A DNA stretch of 32,000 nt from Candidatus Saccharimonadota bacterium (GCA_963716945.1 OY970322.1:750001-782000); one strand, 5' to 3'. Positions 1 through 7,507 are shown, counted from the stretch's first letter. Notes: generated by a model from the letters alone, not told the origin. Translations and numbers: made by a program.

Positions 1-297
1 CTCGTCCAAGCCGAAGTGCCGGACTTTCTGCAGGTAGCTCATGATGTAGATATCCGTGTCGACACCCTGTTGGCGGGCCGTTTTAATCAGCTTGAAGCTG
101 CCGGCCGTGGTCATACCGGCCGCTAGGGCGGTGTCATTAGCCCGCATGATGGTTTCGCCGTCGGCGATCGGGTCCGAGAAGGGTATCTGGACTTCGATGG
201 CCGCGACGCCGGCCCGGTTCAGGCCGGCGAGCAGCTCCAGGCAGGACTTCTCATTAGGAAAACCGGCTACGACATGGCACATCAACGCTTTACTCAT
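1..297 (-). CDS. trpA: tryptophan synthase alpha subunit, N-terminal 99 codons (gene runs off the left edge)
   Basis: ATG at 297 overlaps the trpB stop by 8 nt. My translation MSKALMCHVVAGFPNEKSCLELLAGLNRAGVAAIEVQIPFSDPIADGETIMRAN... carries the TrpA PFSDP-x-ADG motif. Frame is open to position 1. Not in the ORF track because it is truncated. Confidence 0.85.
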   Translation of the reverse strand, partial: MSKALMCHVVAGFPNEKSCLELLAGLNRAGVAAIEVQIPFSDPIADGETIMRANDTALAAGMTTAGSFKLIKTARQQGVDTDIYIMSYLQKVRHFGLDE

Positions 298-1492
298 AGC
301 CTTTAACCTCCCGCTTCAGGAATTCGCCGAACTCCTCCCGGCTAAAATGCTTGGCCAGCGTGAAAAGGTCCTTGTCGCCCCGGCCGGAAACGTTGATTAC
401 GACCGTTTGGCCGGCATTGAGCCGCTTGGCCAGCTTCATGCCGTGAGCTACGGCATGGGCCGATTCCAAGGCCGGAATTATGCCTTCGCTGCGGGCTAAT
501 GCCTCGACGGCCGCCAGGGCTTCCTTATCGCTGGCCCGGTCGAACTTTACCCGCCCCGTATCCTTAAGCTGGGCCAGTTCGGGACCGATCCCGACGTAGT
601 CGAGGCCGGCCGCGACGCTGCTGGTCGGTGCCGTGTTACCGTCGGCATCCTGCAGAAAGTAGGACTTGTAGCCCTCCATGATGCCGGTTTCGGCGTCCGG
701 AAAGCGGGCCGCATGCTGGCCTAGCTTCTTGCCCTTGCCGCCGGCCTCGACGCCGACCAGTTCGACTGCCGGCTCATCTACAAAAGCATAAAACGCGCCC
801 AGCGCATTGCTGCCGCCGCCAACGCACGCCACAACGTAGTCGGGGTTGCGGCCCAGCTGCGAACGGATCTCCCGGCCGACGATTGACTGGAAGTCCCGGT
901 TCATTCTCGGATAGGGATCAGGGCCCAGACAAGAACCAATAATATAGTGCGTGTCCTGGGAATTCTGCAGCCAGTCCCGGATAGTAGCGCTAACGGCGTC
1001 CTTAAGGGTCTTGGAGCCATGTGTCACCGGCACGACTTTGGCGCCCAGCAATTCCATCAGAACGACGTTGGGCCGCTGGCGCTTCATATCGACCTCGCCC
1101 ATGTAAATAGTGCAATCGAAGCCGAATTTGGCGGCCACGGTAGCTGTCGCCACCCCATGTTGCCCGGCACCGGTTTCGGCAATTAGCCGGGTCTTGCCAA
1201 GGTTCTTGGCTACCAGGGCTTGCCCGAGACAATGGTTAATCTTGTGAGCGCCGGTGTGGTTTAGCCCTTCGTTCTTGAGGTAAATCTGAGCGCCGCCGAC
1301 GGCCGCCGTTAAGTTTTTAGCAAATGTCAGAGGTGTCGGACGGCTGTTGTAGGCGGTTTGGAGTTCATGCAGCTCGGCTTTGAAGGCCGGGTCGTTCTTG
1401 AGACGGTCGTAGGCTTCGGCTACCGCTTCCAGCTCGCCTTGGAGCATTTCCGGCACGTAACGGCCGCCGTAATCGCCGAAGTAGCCTTTCAT
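290..1492 (-). CDS. trpB: tryptophan synthase beta subunit
   Basis: 400-aa ORF, MKGYFGDYGGRYVPEMLQ... with HTGAHKINH PLP-lysine region and GGGSNA motif. 4-nt overlap with trpC. Confidence 0.97.
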   Translation of the reverse strand: MKGYFGDYGGRYVPEMLQGELEAVAEAYDRLKNDPAFKAELHELQTAYNSRPTPLTFAKNLTAAVGGAQIYLKNEGLNHTGAHKINHCLGQALVAKNLGKTRLIAETGAGQHGVATATVAAKFGFDCTIYMGEVDMKRQRPNVVLMELLGAKVVPVTHGSKTLKDAVSATIRDWLQNSQDTHYIIGSCLGPDPYPRMNRDFQSIVGREIRSQLGRNPDYVVACVGGGSNALGAFYAFVDEPAVELVGVEAGGKGKKLGQHAARFPDAETGIMEGYKSYFLQDADGNTAPTSSVAAGLDYVGIGPELAQLKDTGRVKFDRASDKEALAAVEALARSEGIIPALESAHAVAHGMKLAKRLNAGQTVVINVSGRGDKDLFTLAKHFSREEFGEFLKREVKGYE

Positions 1493-2310
1493 GACTTTGC
1501 CGCCTCTTTGGGCGTTACCAGTTTCGTGATTGAGGCCTCAATACTGCCGGCCTCCATAAAATGGCTGCCGACCAAGGCCGCATCGGCAAAGTCCGATAAC
1601 GCGGCCAGGTATTCGGGACTGTCTATACCCGACTCCGCCACGCGGGCGTAATGGGTGTCAACTTCGCGCAATAATTCGTGGCGCTTGACGTCGACCTGGA
1701 ATGTCTTCAAGTCGCGGCTGTTAACGCCGATGCAGCGGGCCTTGGTCTTAAGCGCCAGCGCCAGCTCTTGGCGGTTATGGACTTCGACCAGCGGTTCGAT
1801 GCCAAGCTCCAGCCCCAGGTTTACCAGCTCGTTGAGCTCGTTTAGCTCAAACAAGGAGACGATTAACAGGTAAGCCTGGGCGCCCAGCAGCTTAGACTCA
1901 ACGATCTGGTACGGGTCAAAGATGAAATCTTTTCTAAGCAGGGGCTTGTTGTTAGGGTTATGCCGAGCAAAAAATTCCAGGGTATCGTCGCTGCCGAGAA
2001 AATGGTCGCTTTCCGTCAGGATCGAGATGGCTGCCACCTGAGGAGCGGCCTGATAAGCCTGGTTGATAGCGGCCGGGGAAAAGTCTTGCCGCAGCACGCC
2101 GCGGCTGGGCGAGGCCTGCTTGACCTCGGCGATAAGCTTCACACTGGGCGGCCCGGCTTTGAGCGCCTCGAAAAAGCCCGGACCGGCAAACGGTTTTTGG
2201 CGCCGCAGCTCGGCTTCCAAGGCCGTCAAGGGCCTTAGCGGCTGCTGACGCTTCAGGTGCCGCTTCTTGCTGGCTACGATTTTATCCAGGATGGTGTCAG
2301 TGCGCTTCAT
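1489..2310 (-). CDS. trpC: indole-3-glycerol-phosphate synthase
   Basis: 273-aa ORF of typical IGPS length and sequence (ILDKIV...KASPSRGVLR...RKDFI), directly upstream of trpB. Confidence 0.9.
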   Translation of the reverse strand: MKRTDTILDKIVASKKRHLKRQQPLRPLTALEAELRRQKPFAGPGFFEALKAGPPSVKLIAEVKQASPSRGVLRQDFSPAAINQAYQAAPQVAAISILTESDHFLGSDDTLEFFARHNPNNKPLLRKDFIFDPYQIVESKLLGAQAYLLIVSLFELNELNELVNLGLELGIEPLVEVHNRQELALALKTKARCIGVNSRDLKTFQVDVKRHELLREVDTHYARVAESGIDSPEYLAALSDFADAALVGSHFMEAGSIEASITKLVTPKEAAKS

Positions 2311-2563
2311 GGTCCCGCCTCAAGACTTTAAACCTACCGGCATTCAGCTCTTTGGAGCCGCGCGTAACGGTTGCGATTCCGACACCCAGGTCATGGGCTA
2401 TCTTGTGCTGCGGCTCGCCTGCCAGCAAGCGCTTGATTATCTCTAGGCGCTGCCCGATTTCCGCCCGTTCTTTGGCCGTCGTGATACCGGCCAGAAAGTC
2501 TTCCAGCAGCCGCTTGTCGCCAATCGAATTGACCAGCTCTATAAAGTCATTAAAATCAGCCAT
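2297..2563 (-). CDS. trpR: TrpR-family (Trp repressor-like) helix-turn-helix protein
   Basis: 88-aa ORF. HTH segment HDLGVGIATVTRGSKELN closely matches E. coli TrpR LGAGIATITRGSNSLK. First gene of the trpC-trpB-trpA unit, overlapping trpC by 14 nt. Confidence 0.8.
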   Translation of the reverse strand: MADFNDFIELVNSIGDKRLLEDFLAGITTAKERAEIGQRLEIIKRLLAGEPQHKIAHDLGVGIATVTRGSKELNAGRFKVLRRDHEAH

Positions 2564-2569
2564 TATGCC

Positions 2570-2598
2570 ATACTAGCATACTAGTACACTGTGGGCAA
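2570..2598 (-). promoter_or_regulatory. sigma70-type promoter (TTGCCC-17 nt-TAGTAT) with embedded TrpR-type operator TACTAG-TATG-CTAGTA (2571-2586). The -10 ends 6 nt before the trpR ATG, so the mRNA is likely leaderless.
   Basis: Minus strand reads ccTTGCCCacagtgTACTAGTATGCTAGTATggcataATG. Perfect 6+6 inverted repeat with two CTAG cores 4 nt apart, as in the E. coli trp operator ACTAGTTAACTAGT. Confidence 0.65.
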
Positions 2599-2600
2599 GG

Positions 2601-3833
2601 TTATTTTTGGCGGCTGGCAGCGGCTTCGGCTAACAGGGCCAGCATGGCTTCGGTCTCGGCCAGGCCGGCGCATTCGTCGGTGATGCTTTGGCCGTAAACC
2701 AGGTCGGCCGGGTCGCCGAGTTCCTGCCGTCCGGCAACCAGATTGCTCTCTATCATGACGCCGCAAACGGCCGCTTCGCCACCGGCGACCTGCCGGGCGA
2801 CATCCTCGGCTACCAGTTTCTGACGCGCGGCCTGCCGCAGGCTATTGCCATGCGAGGCGTCGATAATAATCGATGGCAGCAATGATTTGCGGGCCAGAAT
2901 CTGTTTGGTCTTGGCTATATGTTCGGCCGAGTAATTGGGCCCGCTGGCATCGCCGCGCAAAATGACGTGGGCCGTGTCGTTGCCCGTACTGTTAACCTGG
3001 GTCGGAGCGCCGTTCATGCCCATGCCGAGGAAGGCATGGCCGCCCCTGGCCGACACTACTGCCTGGGCGGCGGCTTCGATACTGCCTTCGGGCGTATTCT
3101 TGAAACCGACCGGTGAAGAAGTGCCGGAAGCGTATTCCCGCGCCTTTTGGTCGGTCGTGTTGCGGGCGCCGATGGTGTCGTAAGCCACAAGGGCATTAAC
3201 GTACTGGGGGGTTAAGGCATTAAGGCGTTCCATGGCAACCGGCACGCCGAGTTCGGTAATCCGGCAGGCCAGCAGCCTGGTAGCCGTCACTCCAAGGTTG
3301 ATGTCGTCGGACCCGTCAAGCAAGGGGTCGTAAATGAAACCTTTCCAGCCCAGTTCGGTGCGGGGCTTCTCCATGTAGGCCCGCATGATAATCTCCAGAT
3401 TGCCGCCGTAGCGTTCGCGCCACTTGGCGACCTGGCCAGCATACTCCAGGGCCGACTTCGGGTCATGGACGGAACAAGGGCCGACTATGGCCAGGAGTTT
3501 TGACGATTTATGGTTTAGGATATCGGTAATGGCCTGGCGGCCCCGGCTAGTGGTGGCGGCCGAGGCGGCCGAAACCGGTACGACAGCCGTCAACATTTTA
3601 GGCGTGATAACCGGCGTGACGGTAGCTATCCGGGTGTCGACCAGGTTTTTTATACCGGCGGCCTCCTTGACAGTACCGTTGCCGTCCAGCCGTTTCCGGC
3701 AGGCCTCCAATAACTCGGATTCGGCAGCCGAGGCCGCGGCCTCAACACCGGCCTGCACCTTCAGCAAGGCATCTTTAATCTTTCCTGCTTCGGCCAGGAT
3801 GTCAGAGTCAGATAGGTTTGTCGGTTGGGGCAT
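2601..3833 (-). CDS. aroG: 3-deoxy-7-phosphoheptulonate (DAHP) synthase, class I-alpha (AroF/G/H family), with about 60-aa N-terminal extension
   Basis: 410-aa ORF. LLAIVGPCSVHD, KPRTELGWKGFIYDP, SPVGFKN and IDASHGNS align along the length of E. coli AroG. Confidence 0.92.
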   Translation of the reverse strand: MPQPTNLSDSDILAEAGKIKDALLKVQAGVEAAASAAESELLEACRKRLDGNGTVKEAAGIKNLVDTRIATVTPVITPKMLTAVVPVSAASAATTSRGRQAITDILNHKSSKLLAIVGPCSVHDPKSALEYAGQVAKWRERYGGNLEIIMRAYMEKPRTELGWKGFIYDPLLDGSDDINLGVTATRLLACRITELGVPVAMERLNALTPQYVNALVAYDTIGARNTTDQKAREYASGTSSPVGFKNTPEGSIEAAAQAVVSARGGHAFLGMGMNGAPTQVNSTGNDTAHVILRGDASGPNYSAEHIAKTKQILARKSLLPSIIIDASHGNSLRQAARQKLVAEDVARQVAGGEAAVCGVMIESNLVAGRQELGDPADLVYGQSITDECAGLAETEAMLALLAEAAASRQK

Positions 3834-3862
3834 ACGTTCAAGTCTCGCTCTTTATGGTATTT

Positions 3863-3886
3863 AAAAACCGCCTCAGGCGGCGGTTT
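3863..3886 (-). terminator. intrinsic terminator / attenuator hairpin
   Basis: Minus strand AAACCGCC-GCCUGA-GGCGGUUU followed by UU AAAU. 8-bp stem, 6-nt loop, run of 5 U. Lies 30 nt upstream of the DAHP synthase ATG and 145 nt downstream of the rpsI stop. Confidence 0.65.
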
Positions 3887-3909
3887 GGTTAATGCTTGGT
3901 TCAAGTGAT

Positions 3910-3987
3910 TCAGGCATTAAGGCGCAACCGTCCGCCGCGGGCCGAGCCGCTAAACCAATACGGGCTGCCGTCCTGGAATCTTGACAT
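3910..3987 (-). CDS. candidate 25-aa leader peptide MSRFQDGSPYWFSGSARGGRLRLNA with consecutive Tyr-Trp-Phe codons
   Basis: ATG at 3987 sits 7 nt downstream of a TATATT -10 box. Codons 10-12 are UAU UGG UUU (3960-3952) and the UGA stop is at 3912-3910. Sits between a promoter and a terminator upstream of the first common aromatic-pathway gene. Equals the last 25 codons of track ORF 3910..4107. Confidence 0.6.
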   Translation of the reverse strand: MSRFQDGSPYWFSGSARGGRLRLNA

Positions 3988-3994
3988 GAGGGGT

Positions 3995-4023
3995 AATATA
4001 GCATGCCGAATTAGGCGAGTCAA
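3995..4023 (-). promoter_or_regulatory. sigma70-type promoter TTGACT-17 nt-(TGc)TATATT driving the leader peptide and DAHP synthase
   Basis: Minus strand TTGACTcgcctaattcggcaTGcTATATTacccctcATG. Near-consensus -35, 17-nt spacer, extended -10. Begins 8 nt after the rpsI stop. Confidence 0.6.
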
Positions 4024-4030
4024 ATAAGGC

Positions 4031-4432
4031 TTAGCGCTTGGTGAATTGGCGCTGCTTACGGGCGCCCTTGAGGCCGAACTTCTTTCGTTCCTTTTCGCGG
4101 GAGTCACGGCTTAGGAGGTTGGCCCGCTTAAGGGTGCTCTTGAGCTCGTCGTTCATCACCGTCAGGGCTTTGGCGATACCCAAGCGGATAGCTTCGGTCT
4201 GGCCTTCGTGGCCGCCGCCGGAAACCACGGCGCTGACATCGAACTTGTTAACCTGGTCGAGCACTACGAAGGGCTGCTGAAGCTTGGTCAACAGGTATTT
4301 ACTGTCCGAGAAATACTCAGCGGCCGGCTGGCCGTTGATGGTTATAGCACCCTTGCCGGTTTGCAGGCGGACGCGGGCGGTGGCGCTTTTGCGGCGGCCG
4401 AGGGCATAGAAGTAGTTATTCTTAGTGGCCAT
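4031..4432 (-). CDS. rpsI: 30S ribosomal protein S9
   Basis: 133-aa ORF ending ...ARKQRQFTKR. TAATG junction with rplM. Confidence 0.97.
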   Translation of the reverse strand: MATKNNYFYALGRRKSATARVRLQTGKGAITINGQPAAEYFSDSKYLLTKLQQPFVVLDQVNKFDVSAVVSGGGHEGQTEAIRLGIAKALTVMNDELKSTLKRANLLSRDSREKERKKFGLKGARKQRQFTKR

Positions 4433-4872
4433 TATTTGGTGTCCTTTACTGATATGGGCATTGGTTTCTGAGCTGCGTGCTGGTGTTCGGAACCGGCGTA
4501 GACTTTGAGGCGCTGCAAACGGCCGTCGCGCAGACGGTTGGCCGGCAGCATGCCGCGGACAGCCTGCGTGATGGCAAAAGCCGGATCCTTGGCCATCTTT
4601 TCGGCCAGGGTCGTCTCCTTGAGGCCGCCCGGGTAGCCGCTGTGGTGGTAGTACATCTTCTTGTCTGCTTTGTCGCCGGTAGTAACCAGATTGGCGGCGT
4701 TAATTATAACGACGAAATCACCGCAATCGATATGCTTGGTGAACTGCGGTTTGCCTTTGCCGGTTAGCAAGGTGGCTACTTTGGTAGCAACGCGGCCGAG
4801 CGGGGCTTCGGCGGCATCAACGACGTACCACTGGCGGGTAACATCGGCTGGCTTGGCGCTGTAGGTCTTCAT
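4432..4872 (-). CDS. rplM: 50S ribosomal protein L13
   Basis: 146-aa ORF MKTYSAKPADVTRQWYVVDA..., typical L13. Confidence 0.97.
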   Translation of the reverse strand: MKTYSAKPADVTRQWYVVDAAEAPLGRVATKVATLLTGKGKPQFTKHIDCGDFVVIINAANLVTTGDKADKKMYYHHSGYPGGLKETTLAEKMAKDPAFAITQAVRGMLPANRLRDGRLQRLKVYAGSEHQHAAQKPMPISVKDTK

Positions 4873-5375
4873 TATTTGGGCTCCTTGGCTTTGGCAGGTT
4901 TGGCGGCCGAAGGCTTGGTCTTGGCGGCCGGTTTTGGTTTGGCGGCGGCAGGCTTGGCAGCCGTAGTTTCAGGCTTGGGAGCGGCGGCGGCCGGACGGGC
5001 GACGGGGGCGGATTTGAGGTCGTCAACAAAGCTGACCCGGGCCAGCTGGGCATTGTCGCCGCGGCGCAAACCGGTTTTATCGATCCGGAGGTGGCCGCTG
5101 ACCCGGCCCGACAGCTTAGGCGCGATCTCGTCGACCAGCTTGTGGGCGCTGGCAACCGTCTGCAGGCCGCTTAAGACCTGGCGGCGGTTGTGCAGGTCGC
5201 CTTTCTTGGCTTTGGTAATCAGCTTCTCGACGTAGGGCACGACTTCTTTAGCCTTGGGCAAGGTAGTCTCAATCGACTCATATTTAACCAGCGAATCGGC
5301 CAGGCCTTTGATTAAGGCGCGGCGTTGGTCGCGTTCGCGGTGCAGTTTTCTGCCCTGGTAGCCGTGGCGATGCAT
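4872..5375 (-). CDS. rplQ: 50S ribosomal protein L17 with Ala/Lys/Pro-rich C-terminal tail
   Basis: 167-aa ORF MHRHGYQGRKLHRERDQRRALIKGLADSL...; follows rpoA. Confidence 0.96.
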   Translation of the reverse strand: MHRHGYQGRKLHRERDQRRALIKGLADSLVKYESIETTLPKAKEVVPYVEKLITKAKKGDLHNRRQVLSGLQTVASAHKLVDEIAPKLSGRVSGHLRIDKTGLRRGDNAQLARVSFVDDLKSAPVARPAAAAPKPETTAAKPAAAKPKPAAKTKPSAAKPAKAKEPK

Positions 5376-5377
5376 GC

Positions 5378-6335
5378 TTAAAGCTCCAGCTCCGCCAGTT
5401 TATCTTTGACTTCGTCCAGGGCTTTGCTGCCAAAACCTTTGAGGTCGCGCAGTTCGGCGTCATTGAGGGCGAACAGGTCGCGGATAGTGTGGATATCGTT
5501 GTTAATCAAGGCGTTGGTGGTGCGGGCCGACAGGTTCAGGTCTTCGATTGAAGTACTGAGGGCAGTCGCCTCTTCGCCCATCATGTCATTGCTGAAACCG
5601 CTGTCCTGGGCGGCGGAGCTGTCGGCAACCGGTTCGTTGCTGGCCACGCGGGTTTTGCCGGCCAGGGCCGTGTACTGGTTAACCAGGATGGCGGCGGCTT
5701 CTTCGAAAGCGTCTTGCGGCGTGATTGAGCCGTCGGTGTCAACGGTCAGCAGCAAGCGGTCAAGGTCGGTAGCCTGGCCGACACGGGTGTTCTCGACCTT
5801 GTAGCGGACACGGAGAACCGGGCTGAAAATGGCGTCGAGAGCGATCATATCGCTGGCCTTGCTTGGCCGTACCTTCTTCGATGGTGCGGTAGCCGCGGCC
5901 GACTTCGACGGTCAGGTCGATGACCAGTTTGGCCTTGGCGTCGTCGATGGTGGCGATAACGTGCTCCGGGTTGACGATTTCGACGTCGGCGTTGGTCTGG
6001 ATGTCTTTGGCCGTGACGGCGCCCTTGCCCTGTTTGACGATGCGCAGCGTCTGAGGTTCGTTGCCGTAAACGCGGAACCGGACGCTCTTGAGGTTCAGCA
6101 TGATGTCAACGACGTCTTCTTTGACACCGGGAACGCTGGTGAACTCGTGGGTGACGCCTTCGATCTTGAATGCCGTGACGGCGGCACCGGCGATGCTGGA
6201 GAGCAGCACCCGGCGCAGGCTGTTGCCCAGAGTCATGCCGTAGCCGTTATGCAGCGGCTCAATCACGAAGGAAGCGCTGGTGGCACTGTGGTCGTCGACT
6301 TTGACGAGACCTGGGGTGTGAATAATATTTGACAT
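5378..6335 (-). CDS. rpoA: DNA-directed RNA polymerase alpha subunit, interrupted by one frameshift near 5850-5868
   Basis: Track ORFs 5760..6335 (N-terminal domain, ...[17 protein letters not shown]) and 5378..5848 (..[24 protein letters not shown]... plus C-terminal domain) are contiguous RpoA in two frames. Confidence 0.92.
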
Positions 6336-6352
6336 TGGGCGTTGCTCCTTAT

Positions 6353-6977
6353 TTAGCGTGAGTAATACTCAACAATTAATTGCTCATTAATATCAGGCTC
6401 GGCGTCGTCGCGGGACGGCGAACCAGTGATTGACACGGTAACTTTCTTGCGGTCAACTTTTAGCCAGCCGGGAATTTCGCCAGGGGCGGGGCTGGTTTCG
6501 TCAAGCTTCTTGAAATACTCGGTTTTCTGGCTGTGCGGACGGACTGCCAGGGTATCGCCGGGTTTCAGGCGAATCGAAGGCACGTCGACACGGGTTTCGT
6601 TCAACAGGAAATGGCCATGGGTGACCAGCTGCCGGGCGGCCCGGCGGCTGGGCGCGAAACCGGCCCGGTAAATAGCGTTATCGGCACGCTGCTCAAGGAA
6701 TTGAAGCAGGATCTGGCCGGACTGGCCCTGGCGGCGTGACGCTTCTTTCATCAGGTTGCTGAACTGCTTTTCGAGCAGGCCGTAGAGCCGTTTGACTTTT
6801 TGCTTCTCGCGCAACTGCAGCGCGTACTGGCTGGCTTTGCCGCCGCGCGGGCCGCGGGCGTTGGGCCCCTGCCCGGGCTTGGAGGTCCGTTTGACCAGTG
6901 CCTTGTGGGCCTTGGGGTGGAGAGCGTAGCCTTCACGGCGGCTCATTTTGACGATAGAACTGTCTGTCTCTTGCCAT
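6353..6977 (-). CDS. rpsD: 30S ribosomal protein S4; start probably at 6977 with a 1-nt indel near 6960-6968 (the track ORF starts at 6946)
   Basis: 197-aa ORF has the S4 core ([13 protein letters not shown]...). 8 nt after the rpsK stop, ATG GCA AGA (MAR, the canonical S4 start) sits behind an AAGGAA RBS. Removing one base gives [16 protein letters not shown], colinear with consensus MARYTGPxxKxxRREG. Confidence 0.88.
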
Positions 6978-6985
6978 ATGATTCC

Positions 6986-7498
6986 TTAAATCCTTCTCGC
7001 CTTGCGCGGGCGGACACCGCCATGCGGCACGCCCGTAACGTCGGTAATGCTATCGACAGCTATGTCCAGGGTCCCCAGGACACGGACCGCAGCGTCGCGG
7101 CCCAGACCGATACCTTTGATAAAGACATCCGCCTTGGCAAAGCCGTATTGCTGCTTGGCAGCTTGGGCGGCCCGTTCGGCAGCCACTTGGGCGGCATAGG
7201 CCGTGCCCTTCTTGGATCCGCGGAAGCCGCAAGCACCGGCGCTGCAGGTAGTCAGAACATTGCCGCTGCCGTCCGTGAAGGTCACGATGGTGTTGTTAAA
7301 GGTCGCCAGGACGTGCACCTGGCCGCTGGGAACGCTGCGCTTGGACTTCTTGCGCTTGGCTGGCTTGGCGGCGGTAGCGGTAGCGGTTTCGGCCGGGGCT
7401 GCCGTATCGGCAGCAGCTTTGGCGCCAGCCTCAGCCGCCGGCGCAACAGCTTGCTCGGCTTTAGTTTCTTCGGTGGTAGTTGTAGTGTCTTCTGCCAT
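6986..7498 (-). CDS. rpsK: 30S ribosomal protein S11 with about 40-aa Ala/Thr-rich N-terminal extension
   Basis: 170-aa ORF; core ...VHVLATFNNTIVTFTD..GN...GFRGSKKGT... Confidence 0.96.
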   Translation of the reverse strand: MAEDTTTTTEETKAEQAVAPAAEAGAKAAADTAAPAETATATAAKPAKRKKSKRSVPSGQVHVLATFNNTIVTFTDGSGNVLTTCSAGACGFRGSKKGTAYAAQVAAERAAQAAKQQYGFAKADVFIKGIGLGRDAAVRVLGTLDIAVDSITDVTGVPHGGVRPRKARRI

Positions 7499-7507
7499 AT
7501 ATAAATC

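Noticed and set aside
3834-3994. T-box or other known riboswitch as the explanation for the structured aroG leader
   Set aside because: The leader is only about 155 nt. I could not find the conserved T-box sequence (AAnnnGGGUGGnACCGCG) or a specifier-loop layout. Instead it contains a well-placed short ORF with a Tyr-Trp-Phe codon cluster. This was not checked against covariance models, which would be decisive.
3981-4000. TTGACA hexamer on the plus strand (3981-3986) as a plus-strand promoter
   Set aside because: There is no correctly spaced -10 box (TAATAT is only 7 nt away) and no plus-strand gene downstream. It is the reverse complement of the leader-peptide start region (cTCATGTCAA).
3910-4107. 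Track ORF 3910..4107 (65 aa) as a real protein
   Set aside because: Its first 40 codons overlap rpsI out of frame and run through the predicted promoter. Only the last 25 codons (from ATG 3987) make sense, as the leader peptide.
4817-5155. Pro-rich 112-aa minus-strand ORF overlapping rplQ, and similar alternative-frame ORFs (6751..6936, 13293..13607, 13781..14008, 16111..16311, 25690..25998)
   Set aside because: These are alternative frames of bona fide r-protein genes with low-complexity Pro/Ser/Ala/Arg translations. They have no independent start signals.
6800-7504. Long plus-strand ORFs (for example 6800..7504 234 aa, 12139..12741 200 aa, 16742..17437 231 aa, 18042..18812 256 aa, 20688..21365 225 aa, 24611..25243 210 aa, 30853..31524 223 aa, 56..499 147 aa)
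   Set aside because: Each lies antisense to a strongly conserved minus-strand gene (rpsK/rpsD, rpsH/rpsN, rplB/rplW, rplD/rplC, tuf, fusA, rpoB, trpB/trpA). Their translations are low-complexity Ala/Gly/Arg/Leu-rich with no recognisable family. These are the usual stop-codon-poor shadow frames of GC-rich coding DNA.
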